Positions 33,615 to 46,934 of a DNA stretch of 64,000 bases are shown here, piece after piece. The position numbers and the translations under genes are program-made. Source of the DNA: Octopus sinensis (lineage: Eukaryota); assembly GCF_006345805.1 (NCBI RefSeq), contig NW_021836129.1:248001-312000 (forward strand). Reading direction: 5' to 3'. Position 1 is the first letter of the stretch. Every line of letters begins with the position of its first letter. A model generated the notes under the pieces. It made no database searches and was not told the DNA's origin. It was given only the letters and a program-made list of their open reading frames with translations.

Positions 33615-35299
33615 AAAATTTAATTAATCTAACTTTTAATTTATCATTAATCAGGTTGGATAAATAAATGACTAAATGAAAAAAATATAACTTTATGGAA
33701 AAAATATGACCTTGTGAAAAAATATGACATTAATGACCTATAAAACTACATCGAAAGTAAATAAAAATATAATAATAATAATTTAAAATGATGGAAATAA
33801 TAAACTAACAATTCTTTTTTGATATGACTTTAATGACTTTTGGTTGCCCTAGTTATGACGTATTAAAAATTTCTGAAATTAAAGAATTGATTGTGACTAT
33901 TAAAAACGAAAGTTAATAACTTTGAGCGAATTAATGACTTTCCCTGTACATATATTAAATGATCTTGTGGTGGGAATGAAGTACGATACGAAAAATGTGA
34001 ACAATCGACAGAATCACTAAATCAACATATTTAAAATTATTATTCATTCTGAAAAGTACGTTTTCATTTTATTTCTATTTGATTCATATCATTTTTAAGA
34101 TCTTGTTTTCCAATTCCTCCCGTGGCCACTATATTCGACTTAATTTTAAAGAAATAAATGAATTATTAATTATACGGACGAAAATGATGACATTATGTGC
34201 CAGCGATTAACTAATAAATTTTCAGGCATATTCCGACGGCGTAATTCCGCCTCTTACCTGTGACAGACATAAAAAATATAAATAATCCTTTAGTGAAGAA
34301 GAACGCTATTTTATATAATTAAAAAAATTAATTTTCTTTTAAAACTGGGCATAAACCGATGATCCCAAAGCTTGGAAAGAAGTTGATTAAATGGACGGAG
34401 GTAATAGAATCTAAAAATACTTTCTCAAAAATCATTTATAAATGGTTTTGTGACTGATTCTTTAATATCAACTAAGGTAGCATTTTTAGTGGATGAGTTA
34501 CAACTGAGTAATTTAAAAATTCTAATGAATTTTTAGATAAATTTAAAAGAGACGTGGATTCGGATTGCGTAAATTACACAGGAATATGCAAACAAATAAA
34601 TATGTCGACGTTGAATCTTATTTTGCAAAATATAACGAATTTTCAAATGCATAAAAACCTGACAAAATCTATAATCTGGATAAACTCGTTGTTTTTAAAA
34701 TCATTGATTTTATTTGTTCAAATTGTTCATTTTTACATTTGTAACAAAATTCTGAAAAACCAAAACTGGACGACGGCAAAGTCGTGCAATTTTGATTCAT
34801 TAAAAAATCAGCTCTTCTAAGTTGTTTTGGACGGAAAATGATAAATACAAGGATAAATCATCGTTTTTAAATCTTCTGAATTAGAGAAAATCAAACTACA
34901 CAAATTTCACACAGCAAGTGTTTTCCAAATTTTCAAATGGATCTTCCCTGGAGCTTGGAAAATATTTTAAGTGGGGTTGTCTATTGACGTCAATTATTTG
35001 AAACCTCACTATACACATAAGATCATATTTTCAAATTTCGATTGGAAATGATTTGTTTAAACGTCTGTAACTAAAATAAAGAAGCCTCTCCTCTTAACCA
35101 GTGATGTTTCCTTGGTTTGATACAGCTAGAGAAATCACGATTACTACTAAAAAGAGTTGCTATCCAACAGAGAAAAAAGACAAAAAATATTGACTAGACA
35201 TTACCCTTATAATACTTTGGTCGATTAATAAGAAACAGAGAATTAAGAAAGCATAAAAATAAATAAATCAAACGCCAGACACAACAGATTGAATACGTC

Positions 35300-36445
35300 C
35301 ACCCTCATCATCAGTCCCCACATCATCCACCACAGACTTCCCCAACACATCTAACAATACATCCAACAATCCTACCATTAATAACCCTCTCCTTATATCT
35401 CCTACTCAAACTATCCGCCTCCTTCCAATGCGGAGGAGTGGGCGGACTCCTTCCTCTCCCAGGCGATCGGTACCTCTAAAATAACCCCTCCAAACAACCT
35501 CAGCCCCCCTCCCTTTAATAACACGACCAGAACGATCAACTCTATTCTCCCCGTAGTTATACTTTTTGACCACAACAGGCCCATTCCGATTCCTTTTTAA
35601 GAAATTGACGGGGGTTTGGGGGATTTCGTCAGGATCGATGACAATTGAGCCATATTCCTCAGCATTGACATTTCCTCCCATTCCCTTCTCGGCTGCCCTG
35701 GCCATTTTCTCCTTAAACAATCTCCTTTCTTCTTTCCTCTTCAATTTAGCCTCTCTTCTTGCATTTCTTTCTTCTTTCCGCTTTATTTTGGCTTCTTTCT
35801 CAGCCTTCCGTGCTTTCTTTCTCACATTGGTCTGCCACACCATTTCTCCACACCCCTCAATCGTGACACTCGTCAACGGACGGTTGTGTTTGTCCGTCTC
35901 CAACGACTCAATTCGCCTAATCACGGAATCTCCTGAAATCACTTGTCCAAAAACCACGTGCTTTCTTACAAATACACAAAAATATTTCAAAACCCGTCCA
36001 AATGAGGGCAGGGGACTGTCGTTATGAAAAATTGTGAGGCGTTTGTGTTGGGGCCCTTGTTGGCCATGGAAAGCAGGAAAGGACGGTCGTGTTTTACTAA
36101 AAAATTCTCGTCTAATAAATTCAGGTTTTTTAGACTGACCGTCGAATTTCTTTCCGTAAATACTTTCTCCGTTGGTTCCGTTTCCCGTGATTATGTCGCC
36201 GCCTTGGATCATGAAGTTTGGGATCACTCTGTGGAATTGATTCCCTTCGTAGTGGAGGTTAACTCCTGTGGATTTGCTGTCTCCCAATTCGCCTGTGCAG
36301 AGAGCTCGGAAATTTTCGGCGGTTTTGGGGACAATTGATTTAAAAAGTTCAAATATTACTCTTCCGGCTAATATTTTTATTATTTATATTGAATTTAACC
36401 TTCTTGGTCACCAATATTTATATCAAAATAGCATCTCGGCTCCAT
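35300..36445 (-). CDS. PPIG: Peptidyl-prolyl isomerase G-like cyclophilin; 3' end approximate
   Basis: [12 protein letters not shown]...[15 protein letters not shown]...[14 protein letters not shown], a K/R/E-rich linker, and the PPIG-type motif RYRSP...TPPHWKE. Confidence 0.85.
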
Positions 36446-36780
36446 GCTCCACAACGACCGGAATGAAATAATTTATTAATTAAAATATTAATTATAAATA
36501 TGTTATTTTTAATAAAAGAATTTAAAAATCTCCAAAGATATTAAATAATATACAAAAACTGTTGTATTTAAAAACTGTTAGATTTAAGCCAGAAAAAATT
36601 AATTTATAATTCAATAAAAAATTATTATGTATTTCTAAAATAAAAATTAATTTTAATTTATTTAATTAATGTTAACAAATAAATTATTAATAAAATAATA
36701 AAGACAAAAAATTCTTTGTTGGACAACATTTCAAGCCACCCAGGACGACCCAATTTATTATTAATTAAACAAAAATCAAC

Positions 36781-37247
36781 TCACAACCGACCCATTTTGG
36801 CAAACGCAAAAATCTTAAGAGATACATAGGACAGGAAGGCAGCAAGTAATCCGAAAGTAGCGAGAATTGCCTTTCTCTGCGAACTATACATGCCACTATA
36901 AGCAGTATTCAATGAAAGGAATCCAACTGCCCCGAATACGACCATGAATGAGGAGGCTAACCCTTCAATTACATATTGATGTTGTATTCCATTGGCTGTG
37001 CTGAATGTCTCCATCACTCTCCGTCCATTCTTGTCCTGTCTGACTCCCATAGCTGGGGGATCATTGGCTATGATGAAGAATAGGCCTGTTTAGTTAGATT
37101 GGGGGACTCACCTCCGATTATGAGGGCATATATGGCCACCACTAGACCAAACACGTGGTAGTATTTCAAATTTTCCAGAGGTCTTGGTTGGTGGAGTCGT
37201 AAGGGGGGTATGTTGAGTAAGGAGGGTAGAATGGAGTATGGCCACAT
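36781..37247 (-). CDS. OSTC: Oligosaccharyltransferase subunit OSTC/DC2 (2 exons)
   Basis: YALIIGG|LFFIIANDPPAMG...QYVIEGLASSFMVVFGAVGF; one 26-nt intron. Confidence 0.85.
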
Positions 37248-37589
37248 CACCACAAAGAACGATTGTTTATTTTATTCGTCACTTAAATTTATTTGTTATA
37301 ATTTAAATTAATTTTAAACTAAACCAAATTAAACTAAATTTACATTATTTTATTAATAATTTTCTTATTGTTCAATTATTTTGTTAATGCTTTATGCTGC
37401 GACATATACTGGCATGAGAGCAAACTAAACCTTTTGTGCGATTAGCTTATTTGTGTCTGGTCTAGTTGGAAGGTGATTTTTACTGTCAAGAATGAAATTA
37501 TACAAAAAGTCATTCGAAATTGTAAAGTTCAGAAATTTTCGCGTCCTTTAAAATTTCGAGATTTTTTTAACTGTAGATTGGAGATATAA

Positions 37590-37790
37590 ATCTTCATGTG
37601 TTTGCTTCTTGTCCAAATGAACGTTTTCAAATAGACATGATAGATCTGAAAAGATTTTCAAAACGGTCATTTGACAATTATAGTAGGTTGGTTTTTTTAA
37701 TTTTTTATAGATTTGCATTTGCACGGCCACTCTATAATAAGTCTGGTAAAGAAGTGTGTCGAAACTTAAGATATTTGATTCGCCTAACTT
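37590..37790 (+). mobile_element. Retroviral-type (rve) integrase fragment
   Basis: PNERFQIDMIDL...FAFARPLYNKSGKEV. Confidence 0.65.
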
Positions 37791-40700
37791 AATTATGCAA
37801 ATTTCTTCAGTCAGACAAAAGGTCCGAATGTAAAAATAAAGAAATAACACATAGATTAAAAAAATAGTTAGCCAAATTTTATTCTTTGTGGTTTTAATAA
37901 AATGAAATATATTGAAATTATTCCTAGTTCAAAGTTAATGTAACAGGCTGCCCATATGTATCGCATGGCCCATGATAAAATACACTTGCACTGCAGTGGT
38001 ATGCATATTGTAGAAGTTCCAACCATCGGACAGTGACAGGAATTCATTCTTATACTTGAATACTGCTGGGAGAGGAGACACGAGTCGTCCTCACAATTTT
38101 AATACAATACTTGCGTGACTTCCCGACTAATTGCTGTGTCGTTATTTCAACAATAATTGAATAGGTATACTGAATGGAATAATGACCTAAGATAGCGTCA
38201 ACAAATAGTCTTGCAATGAACGAGTTAAACAGAAAATTGGCTGATAATGTGACAATTTTGACTATAAAAAGCTTATTTGGTGTCATAGCACGTCGATCAC
38301 CATTTCCAGTACGTTGCACACATGTCAACCATTAGTCTCTATGTGACTTTCCAAAATAGCATGAATATTTAATTGATGTACCAGACCAGAAGAGATAGGA
38401 ACTCTCGCCAGAGTCTAGCTATGACTTTTACCTCAATTTAGTTTTGGGATCTTTTCGCTGTGTTCTTCTAGACTCTAAAGCATAATCTTCATTTTGTTTA
38501 GTGGAGTATTCACAAATAATGTTTCATTTAATTTTATTGATGACTGATAACAATTTTTATTGATGCATTCAATTCTTGAGATAATTTTTATACAATTAAA
38601 TGATGCCGATGTAAAATACAATGAATTGAAGTGGATATTGGTGATTTTTGTTACAAAAAAACTAAAAAAAACCACTATATTTTCCAACCTAAATAAGATT
38701 TAAACATTTTGAATATTGACAATACTGTACTATCCCTGACTAAAGATTTTGTAAAAAATAACTTTTCTTGCAAAATAGAATCATCATCGAAATATCTATA
38801 AAAAATTAATACCTCACGAATAAACAAAAATAAAAACTGAACAAGCATTTTCTCACGAATTTATTATGAAACAATATCTAAAAAATAACTTCTATTGATT
38901 TAAAACATTAAATAAAGTATTGTTAATTTTTTAGTTTTTCTAAAAAATATTATATTTATACGGTTTTTCATTCATTGATTATATTTATACATTTAAAACT
39001 GACGATAACTGATTCGTCAAGTTGGATTGAAAACTGAGAAATAAATCAAGGATTGTTCAATTTCATCAATTCTTCTTATAGTGTCGTTGCTTAATGAAAT
39101 AGTCTTCAAAAATCTTTTTGTAAGATGTCGTTTATAAATAAAATATAGAACGAGGATGCCTGCTTTCAGCGTAGTGTCCCAACTAATGTTCAGTCACAAA
39201 TTCCGTTTCTTACAAAATTCGGTTTTTAATGAAGGATGCGGAGAAGGAGACCGATTATGAGAGATGCAGTAGATGTAGGATGGAGTTTGATCAACTACGT
39301 GCGGAAATGACTTGATCAAGATCCAATTCAAGTCACGTACGTCCGACGGAAGTAGAAAGGCTGATGTGAGGATTGGTTTGTATGGACTGAGTAGGAAAAA
39401 TTGACGGAAATGGTCGTTTGGAAAACGAAAATGAACGATTGACAGCAGAGAATGACAGATTGTGTTCAATGCTTTTTCAGAGTCAGTAGTTTATTGAATT
39501 ATCCTTTTTTTGAATAGTGGATACTTTATTTTTATGCTGTTTCTGGTTATTTTCACATTTCTCAATTAAGTTGGGTTAAATAGACAAAATTTGATGTTTT
39601 AATTGAATCCATAAATCATCACTTTTTTTGTTCCTCTGTTTGATCTTAAAGTGGTTAGCTGTCTCATGAATAGACCATATTGTTTACAAAATCGATTAGA
39701 ATCGAATAAAAGGTTAAGTATTAACCATTTTTAACTTTAATCTACAATGGGAATTTTACATTCATTCAACAACACGCAGTTCACAATTGTTTTTCCAATA
39801 ATTATTTATACCAGGCATTCACAAATTAGACTGGTTCTTAAAGGGACAAAGTAATAATTTAACTTTTCTCAGTACACTACGATTGCTCAGACTCTCGAAG
39901 CAACGCTTTCACTAAAGAATGGCCAAAGAAATCACAACGTTCCCGAGAACCTTTTCTTCTTAACTCTTAGTTTTGATTAAATTTCAGTAAATCATGGTTC
40001 ATAAGTTGAACTTACCTTTCAAAATCAGCTGTCCACAAAAACAGCCAGTGACGGGTTTGAGTCGGACCGAAGCGTTTGTTATCGTGCGACCAATGTTCGG
40101 TTAATCTGTGTGCCTTTTTCCCAATTCAATTATGATGTTTTCGCTTTTAAATGTTCAATCAAACGAAACAATTTCATTGCCTTCATTCGAAAATATTTTA
40201 CCACATTGAAGACAAAGTGGTTTTTTTTTCTTTATTTGTTAAAAATGAATAAAAGTCCGAAATGTATTCAAAAACTGGTTTCATTTGTAGGTTCGATCAA
40301 AAATCGTATAAAGATTACATTTTAAAAATGCCGTCTTTGTTTAAGAAAATTGAATTGTCTGAAAAGTCAAAATTCGAATTTGTTGAGTTTTTGAGCTTCG
40401 TAGTGTACACACAGTCACTGATAGAATGGCTGGTCTTCGTTTTTACTGACATTCACACAAAGAGCTCAAAGATTTTTAAAATAGGCTTTTCTCTAATCTA
40501 CCAGTTGGCCGAAACTGGAAACTTTGTTTCTGTCTTTGTTCTTAAATCTCCGTTGGTTCTAATCTAGCTTAATTAGTTGGCAAAATCCGAGTTGACGGTC
40601 ACCTTGAAGATGAAATATATTTTTTCATTTAGCACTCTTCTCCGGTCTTCGGAATGCTTTGATATTTTCACAATTCATTTTTTCAAGATTTATATGACTC

Positions 40701-41529
40701 AATCAGCGAGGTCCTTGATGTATGTTTATTTGTAGAATGGCATCCAGTCCATTAGGAGCAACTGTTCAGAGATTTGTGTAGCACTCAAATCAATTGGAGA
40801 AAGTCCCAGAATGACAAAGTAATTGGAAAATGTTCACAGTGGATACAATGTATTAAGAAACAGATTCTTTCTGAATTTTTTGTACATTTACTAGATTGTT
40901 CAATCATGTGATTGAATGACTGTTTTCTGGCTTTGTTGGCGTGATTTCTAATATCGGAACCTCTAAGAATGTTTTTGTGTGCCTAATTAACTGATAAATG
41001 TCAATGGAGCACAGGAAACTGACGATGGACCTCATTGAAATGATCATAAAGTGGATTCGGGATGATTCCATTCAGGTCCTTTCTTCCTGTCATTTCTTGT
41101 AATCGACTCCGCGAAATATTCCCAAACATAATTAAAACGAAATTCTAAAGTATATGATTCGTTTTTCCTACCCTTCTGAGAATTCGGGTTTATTCTGGTT
41201 ATATTTTGTAGATTTGATGTCTGGATTCTCTCAAGGTGTACTTAGAACCAAAATGGCACCAATTTCTTCTGAAATATGCGTTCAATGGTTCAAAGAAGGA
41301 ATTTCAGAAGTTTCTAAACCAAGTTTATTAAGTTTACTTAATCGAGAACCAAGTTTACTTAATCGAGAACAATTTCAACTTGAAAGTGTTTTAATTAAAA
41401 TGACAGTCAACTTAATAAAAAGACAACTCAATACAAAAAACCGACAAAATTTTTAACGTCCCTATAAGAATAAATATTGTCTTTGATCAATAAAATGATT
41501 GTTTATAACAAATGAAAGTAAAGAAACAA

Positions 41530-42244
41530 CTAAAGAGTAAGTTTGCAGAGTTTGGCACTGGACGTTCTCTGAAGTGCATCCTCATTGGGCTAACCATAAC
41601 CACATAATCATACCTCGTAGGATATCTTAATCTCTGGTGGAATGCCAAGCATTTCCTTAAGCTGCAGACTAAACATAAATTAGATAAAAAACCCGATATT
41701 TTTGACAATTTCTACCGACTTTTGGCAGTTTGTCCACAAAGTCAATTTGTTGGCATGACGTCGGACATTTATGGTGATTCCGTTAATGCTGTCCGTCAGT
41801 TCGTCAAACGAGTCCCGAATAAGTTCCATCGTCTTAAATCACACCGTAAAATCACCAGCAATTCCCAGAGCTTGTCACTCTTTGTATTGTCGGTGTCCTT
41901 ACTGACGATTATACTCCAGAAGCCCCCCTTTGAGTTGGCGCTGTGTTCCCACATTGGAGGAATCCCCGTCTAATCCAGTCAGAGTGGTAAGATTGCCTTA
42001 AAGAGACAAATATCACTTCCCACTGTCATTTCCGACACCAGTTTTAGATTGTTAAATGCCCTAACAGGTCATCAGGTTAGCCAACATCCAATATTCCTCG
42101 ACTGATTCAAAAGTGCAGAGGATTTTCATTCGGTCTTTGTAGTCCATGCGGCGATCTGCGTCTATTAACCAGAATGTCCAGCTCGTGTTAAGTGGGTGGT
42201 AGTCTTCAGAATCAGACTAGCATTTAGCGACCACAACACACCAT
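41530..42244 (-). CDS. EIF4E: Translation initiation factor eIF4E (7 exons, 23-27 nt introns, one GC-AG)
   Basis: HPLNTSWTFW, FESVEEYW, GIPPMWEH, KGGFW, KLTLWT. The ATG is followed directly by a 25-nt intron. Confidence 0.92.
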
Positions 42245-42390
42245 TCAAAAACAGCAATCAAAATTCAAATTTTTTGAAATAAAATAAGCCAGAATACAAC
42301 AAAGTTTTAATCATAATTTTAAGCTAAAAAGTGAAAGAACTGCTAAAACGAGAAATAATGAATTATTATTAACACGAAATTGAATAGGTT

Positions 42391-43540
42391 CTATCTTCGT
42401 CGACTTGGACCTGACCACCCACCATAACCACCTGCAGAGTCACTTCTATATAAAAAAAACTTTAAAAAAATATTAAAAACAACTTTTCTAATTGTTAGAT
42501 CTTTGTTTTCCAAATGAAGGGTCTCGCGGATCTTCAGAATTATCAGAATTACGGTTCCTAGAAGGCCATAAGTTAGCATAAATTGGTTCCCGGCTCTGGA
42601 AATTAAGAAATTGTTGCTGATAATATTCTTGTTGATATCTCCTTTGGGGATGCCCGTGATCTTCTCTTTTATATTGATTTATTGGTTCCTTAAGCTGATT
42701 TTGCTGTTGAGAAAAAGTCTCAGGGGTTACTCTGTCCACCCCAGAACTGACCCTTTCATAAACCAATAACTCTAAAAACAACGTGATTAGTCTACTTTTT
42801 GTTGATGAAAGTAAAACTGGAATTCCAATTTTAGAATTATAACATTTTTCTTCCACAAGAGTCCTTAGTGGCTCAACAAAAGCATCAATTTCGTTATTTT
42901 TTCAAGTCTAATTTTAAACAAAGTAATAACTTTTATACTTGGAGATCAACATGGATCTATAGTGAAGTCCAGTCTTCTAAGAAGCAGTTCTTTTTTATGC
43001 TGATAGTCCATTTGAAAAAGTTTAGTCAATCTTCTTAATGTCTTTCATTGTTTTTGTTCATGTTGCTCCGAGCTAACATTTCATTCACAAATGGATTTGA
43101 TTCGGATATATTCAGGATAATTTTAAACTTGAAATTAAAACAAATTAAAAATCTTTTCAGTAAAAACTAAAAAAAACTTTTCGGTGGGGAGTTTTAGGGG
43201 TGAAATCATTAAATTGGTAAACAATATTTAGAATGTTTAAAATCGAGATCATGATTTGTTGATAAATTTTCGACATCATCAACAAAAGCCGAAGTCTGCT
43301 TATTTGAAATCGCCTGATCTTTTGATGGATGCAATTGTCAGAATAAGGACACAATACTGCACTGTCTTCATTCCCTCTGTCAGAGTCGGCTTGATTGTTT
43401 TGTGTTTTGATTATCTTGCACGAGGGAATTATTTTCTTTCTCCCCAGAATTATCATTTTACTTTTCGTTGGAAAGCCATTGGAAATTTGTCGAGCTGGTT
43501 ATTACCGTTTTGGGAGATCGCGAAGAACACCTAACTCATT
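42391..43540 (-). CDS. FAM98-like protein, exon structure unresolved
   Basis: YQHKKELLLRRLDFTI resembles the FAM98 YxxRRxxLxKRLDVT motif; upstream LCPYS...RLLLM; Gly/Tyr/Gln-rich C-terminal region. Confidence 0.45.
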
Positions 43541-43949
43541 CAAATAAATGAAAGAATAAATCGAATGTCTCAAATCTCTTTTGAGTAGTGATTAAGTAAC
43601 AGTCAACAGGATTTCTCTCTCCCCTAAGCAATGCCGAATTTTACAAGCACAGGACTTTTGGACTTAGAATGTGCCGAGAATGTGCCTTTTATTGTATTTC
43701 AAAGGTATATTCATTAATCATTTTTAGTATCTAGAGATTTTTAGCTACGACCATAAAATGGTGGAAAACATGATAAACGAGCAGTATTCAAAGATGAGCA
43801 ATGTCTTTACCACCAAGGCCGACAGCTTTGAAGTTTTCACCAACCTTGCCCATCTTTTCTTTTCTTTCATAACAGAGGCGATGATTAAGCACTTTATAGT
43901 TTAATTGTAATGTTTACTGCCAAGATAACTCTAGAAAAGGGGTTAGACT

Positions 43950-46745
43950 ATATTGTTAATCAGAGGGGTAGTGTGTTCTACTTTTTCGAAACAGAGGTTC
44001 CTGTTTTTTAACATTCAAAGAATTTTGCTCTGTGTCTTGAACAGTTTAGATTCTCAAAAAGGTCTGGTCGTGAGTAGTCTTCATTATTTCCAGTTAAAAT
44101 ATATTGATTCTACGCTATGATTTCCGGGGTCTTTTCAATCTAGCTAATTTGCTGCTGTGATAAAAATATTCCAATTGTTCTATTAAAATTTCTATTCCAT
44201 TAATTTCGCATTTTTTACCAAAATTTTTCGATGATATGATAACCTAAAAAATCTTGCCCGAACCGGATAATTAATAAAAATTAAACAAGAAATTATTATT
44301 AAACCAGGAAAGTGAACCCAAATAGTAATTCATTAATTATTATCTAATTACATTACACAGAATATTGGTAGGTTCCGTACAATATATACGGCACATTTGA
44401 TTTACAGTATCATCTTTAAAGTGCAAGTATACGTCTTGAGCAAACTTTATTACAGAAAAATTTCTAGAACATTTTCAAAAATAATACTGGCTGACACTTG
44501 TAAAAAAATCATCTGATTCTGGGATCAAACTATAATAAGTCAACACACGCAATACGCTTTATGCTTCGCGATGGTGTGTGCACAAAATGTATTTGATGTT
44601 TGAAATCTAAGAGATTCAAATGTAACTAGAAAAACAACATAACATTAATTGATTCTGGACTATATGAGAATGGAACGAAGTATTTCCTTTGGCATAGTTC
44701 TATTTGATAAATGTGTCATCATACACGGTTGTCAACGATGCAAGATTTCCCAAGTGTTCACGTGGATGTAGGTGAGACTACTGCAGTCTTTCAAATTTCT
44801 ACCATAATTATAGTCATTTACTCACAAAGTCTCTAGTGGGATAAAGTTACCGTTATTCCCAAAACTGGCATCTCAAGTTGAAACAAATTTGAAGTTGCAC
44901 AAGTTCTAGAAACAATAAACAGATTATCTACAAATCTGTGAGACTTTTGTGCATATCAAATTTGGTAAAAGAGTCTTCAAAAGATGTCATGCCCTTTAGA
45001 ATCATAGTTGTAAGTGTCGAAGAAAAAGAATTTTCATAATCACAGTTAGTCACCTCCGAGGTCGAGAAATCGCAATCCTCTCCCGAAATGACTGAAAAAC
45101 AAAGAAAATATAGGCCAGCATTTGAAGGAATTACTTATAAGTTTATTGCATTTCAATGTTAGCCACTCAAAATAAGACAAATAATACAACTAAACTTTAC
45201 TAGAATTTTTAGATATAAACTCACGATAATAAATTTATTGAGAAAATTTATGAAGAACCATCGACGAGAATTAAAAACTTGACGAATCTGAATTAAACTT
45301 AGTCAACCTGTTCAAGACTATAAACAAACATGCAGCCTTCATTTATAACCATCACATTTACTGAATGGCATTAAGACCTGAGAGTTTGAAAAATTGCTAA
45401 AAATATTCGCCGATCTTTAATGGCAATCACTTCTTTATTTTTTTAATTTCAAGAAATAAATTCGGAAGAGACCCGGAGTCACTTAATAATAAAGAGAAAA
45501 AAGTGCCCAATTATTTTTTAGCGAATTTAAACACAAAGCAAATTTGTCTACACCCTTTTAAAAGAATAGTACTTTTCATTAATTATCACTTTTAAATGGT
45601 CATTTATTTGAATGCGTCGATCGTCTCATTTCCAACTCTCCTTTTGCTACCACAATAAAAATGACTTTATTTGTCGTTTTGTGACGACTTTGTCTTCAAC
45701 TCCTAGGGGGCAAATCGTCGTTCTAGAGAGTTGACTTGCTCTTTGCTGACCAAAATAGCCACGACGCTCTCCAATTTAAGTAGGAAATGTTGAGTCAGGT
45801 ACAGCACTACATTCCAGATATGATGTGTTTGTCTTTGACATTCATGCACATAATATTTCTCCAAGTCATCGCCTTGTGTAATTATTGGTCTTAGTTGGAC
45901 TGAGTATGTTATTTATATTCCTTATTTCATTCATTTTGAATATGACAATGGGTGACAGTGCCCTGATGATATTAATTCAGAAAGAATTGATTAAACGCAA
46001 TTTGTCGAAAAATAACAAAAGTACAAAATATAATCGGATCTTCACAAATAAACTAGACTTGTCCCCTGAACTTATGAAACTGAACAAAATCCGAATGAAT
46101 AGCCTTAAGAAGACACTGCTCTCCACTAATAATCCGCATATACTTGGATCCTGCAATCTGCATTAATTGATATACCACTCCACCAGGATATCCTTTAATA
46201 ACACACACTCAAACACCTTTATAACACTCGGAATATTCCTACAACTCGCCATTTCCACATATTTCCCCACCAACACTGCACTCTCTATCCCAATCCTACC
46301 ACGGAAACTCTCCACAAGTGACACCACTCGCACAAATTTCTCGGCAGGTCCAACCAAAAGGTCACTTTCACTACAATTCGACGACCTTTCAACAAGACAC
46401 TCCAGCAAATCTATAAGTTAGCCAATTTAGTACTAACTGTTCATTATGAGGAATATTGACCCTTTAAACTTATCGAATTGAGCATGTTGTTTTACTATAA
46501 TAGCACTCAGCAGACTGCAGTGTCCATTAAATAGACAAAACTGGTCACTCCTTTCCCCAATAAGCATTAATAACAATTCTACCAAAGAAGGAGACAACAA
46601 CCGAGTCTAAATATATTAAATAATCAATAATTCACATATTTTAGCCCCAATAAGTAAGACAGGAAATCCAAATGTATTAACCACAGAGAACCAAGTTTGA
46701 CGACCCTCTCAATTATCTAAGGAATATAAAAAGGTGTTTTACTGA
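43950..46745. repeat. Tandem segmental duplication, copy A (2.8 kb)
   Basis: Colinear with 46933-50299 from atattgttaatcagagggg to ggtgttttactga, with scattered substitutions and indels. Copy A lacks about 47034-47610. Confidence 0.95.
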
Positions 46746-46756
46746 CGTTATTTATA

Positions 46757-46934
46757 AACATATTCGTGGTCAACGAAACAAAGTTAAAGCAGGATCGGTA
46801 CGTAGTTGATGGCTACAACTGCTGTCACATACCCTGGAAACAGGGGTCAACATGTGGCACTGGAACTAGCCTCTTCTACAAGCCGTACCTTGCTCTCCGG
46901 AGCTCAGGTTTATGTTCTTGTAGCCTATGTGAAT
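46757..46934 (+). mobile_element. ~180-bp internal (APE-domain) fragment of the H3-tail LINE family at the duplication junction
   Basis: VVNETK..DRYVVDGYNCCHIPWKQGSTCGTGTSLFYKPYLAL...CSCSLCE matches the reverse complement of 26452-26640, roughly 85% by eye. Confidence 0.92.

Noticed and set aside
37950-41460. Moderately GC-rich segments that may be genes or pseudogenes
   Set aside because: Some plausible micro-introns are present, but I could not assemble a stop-free model or recognise a family.
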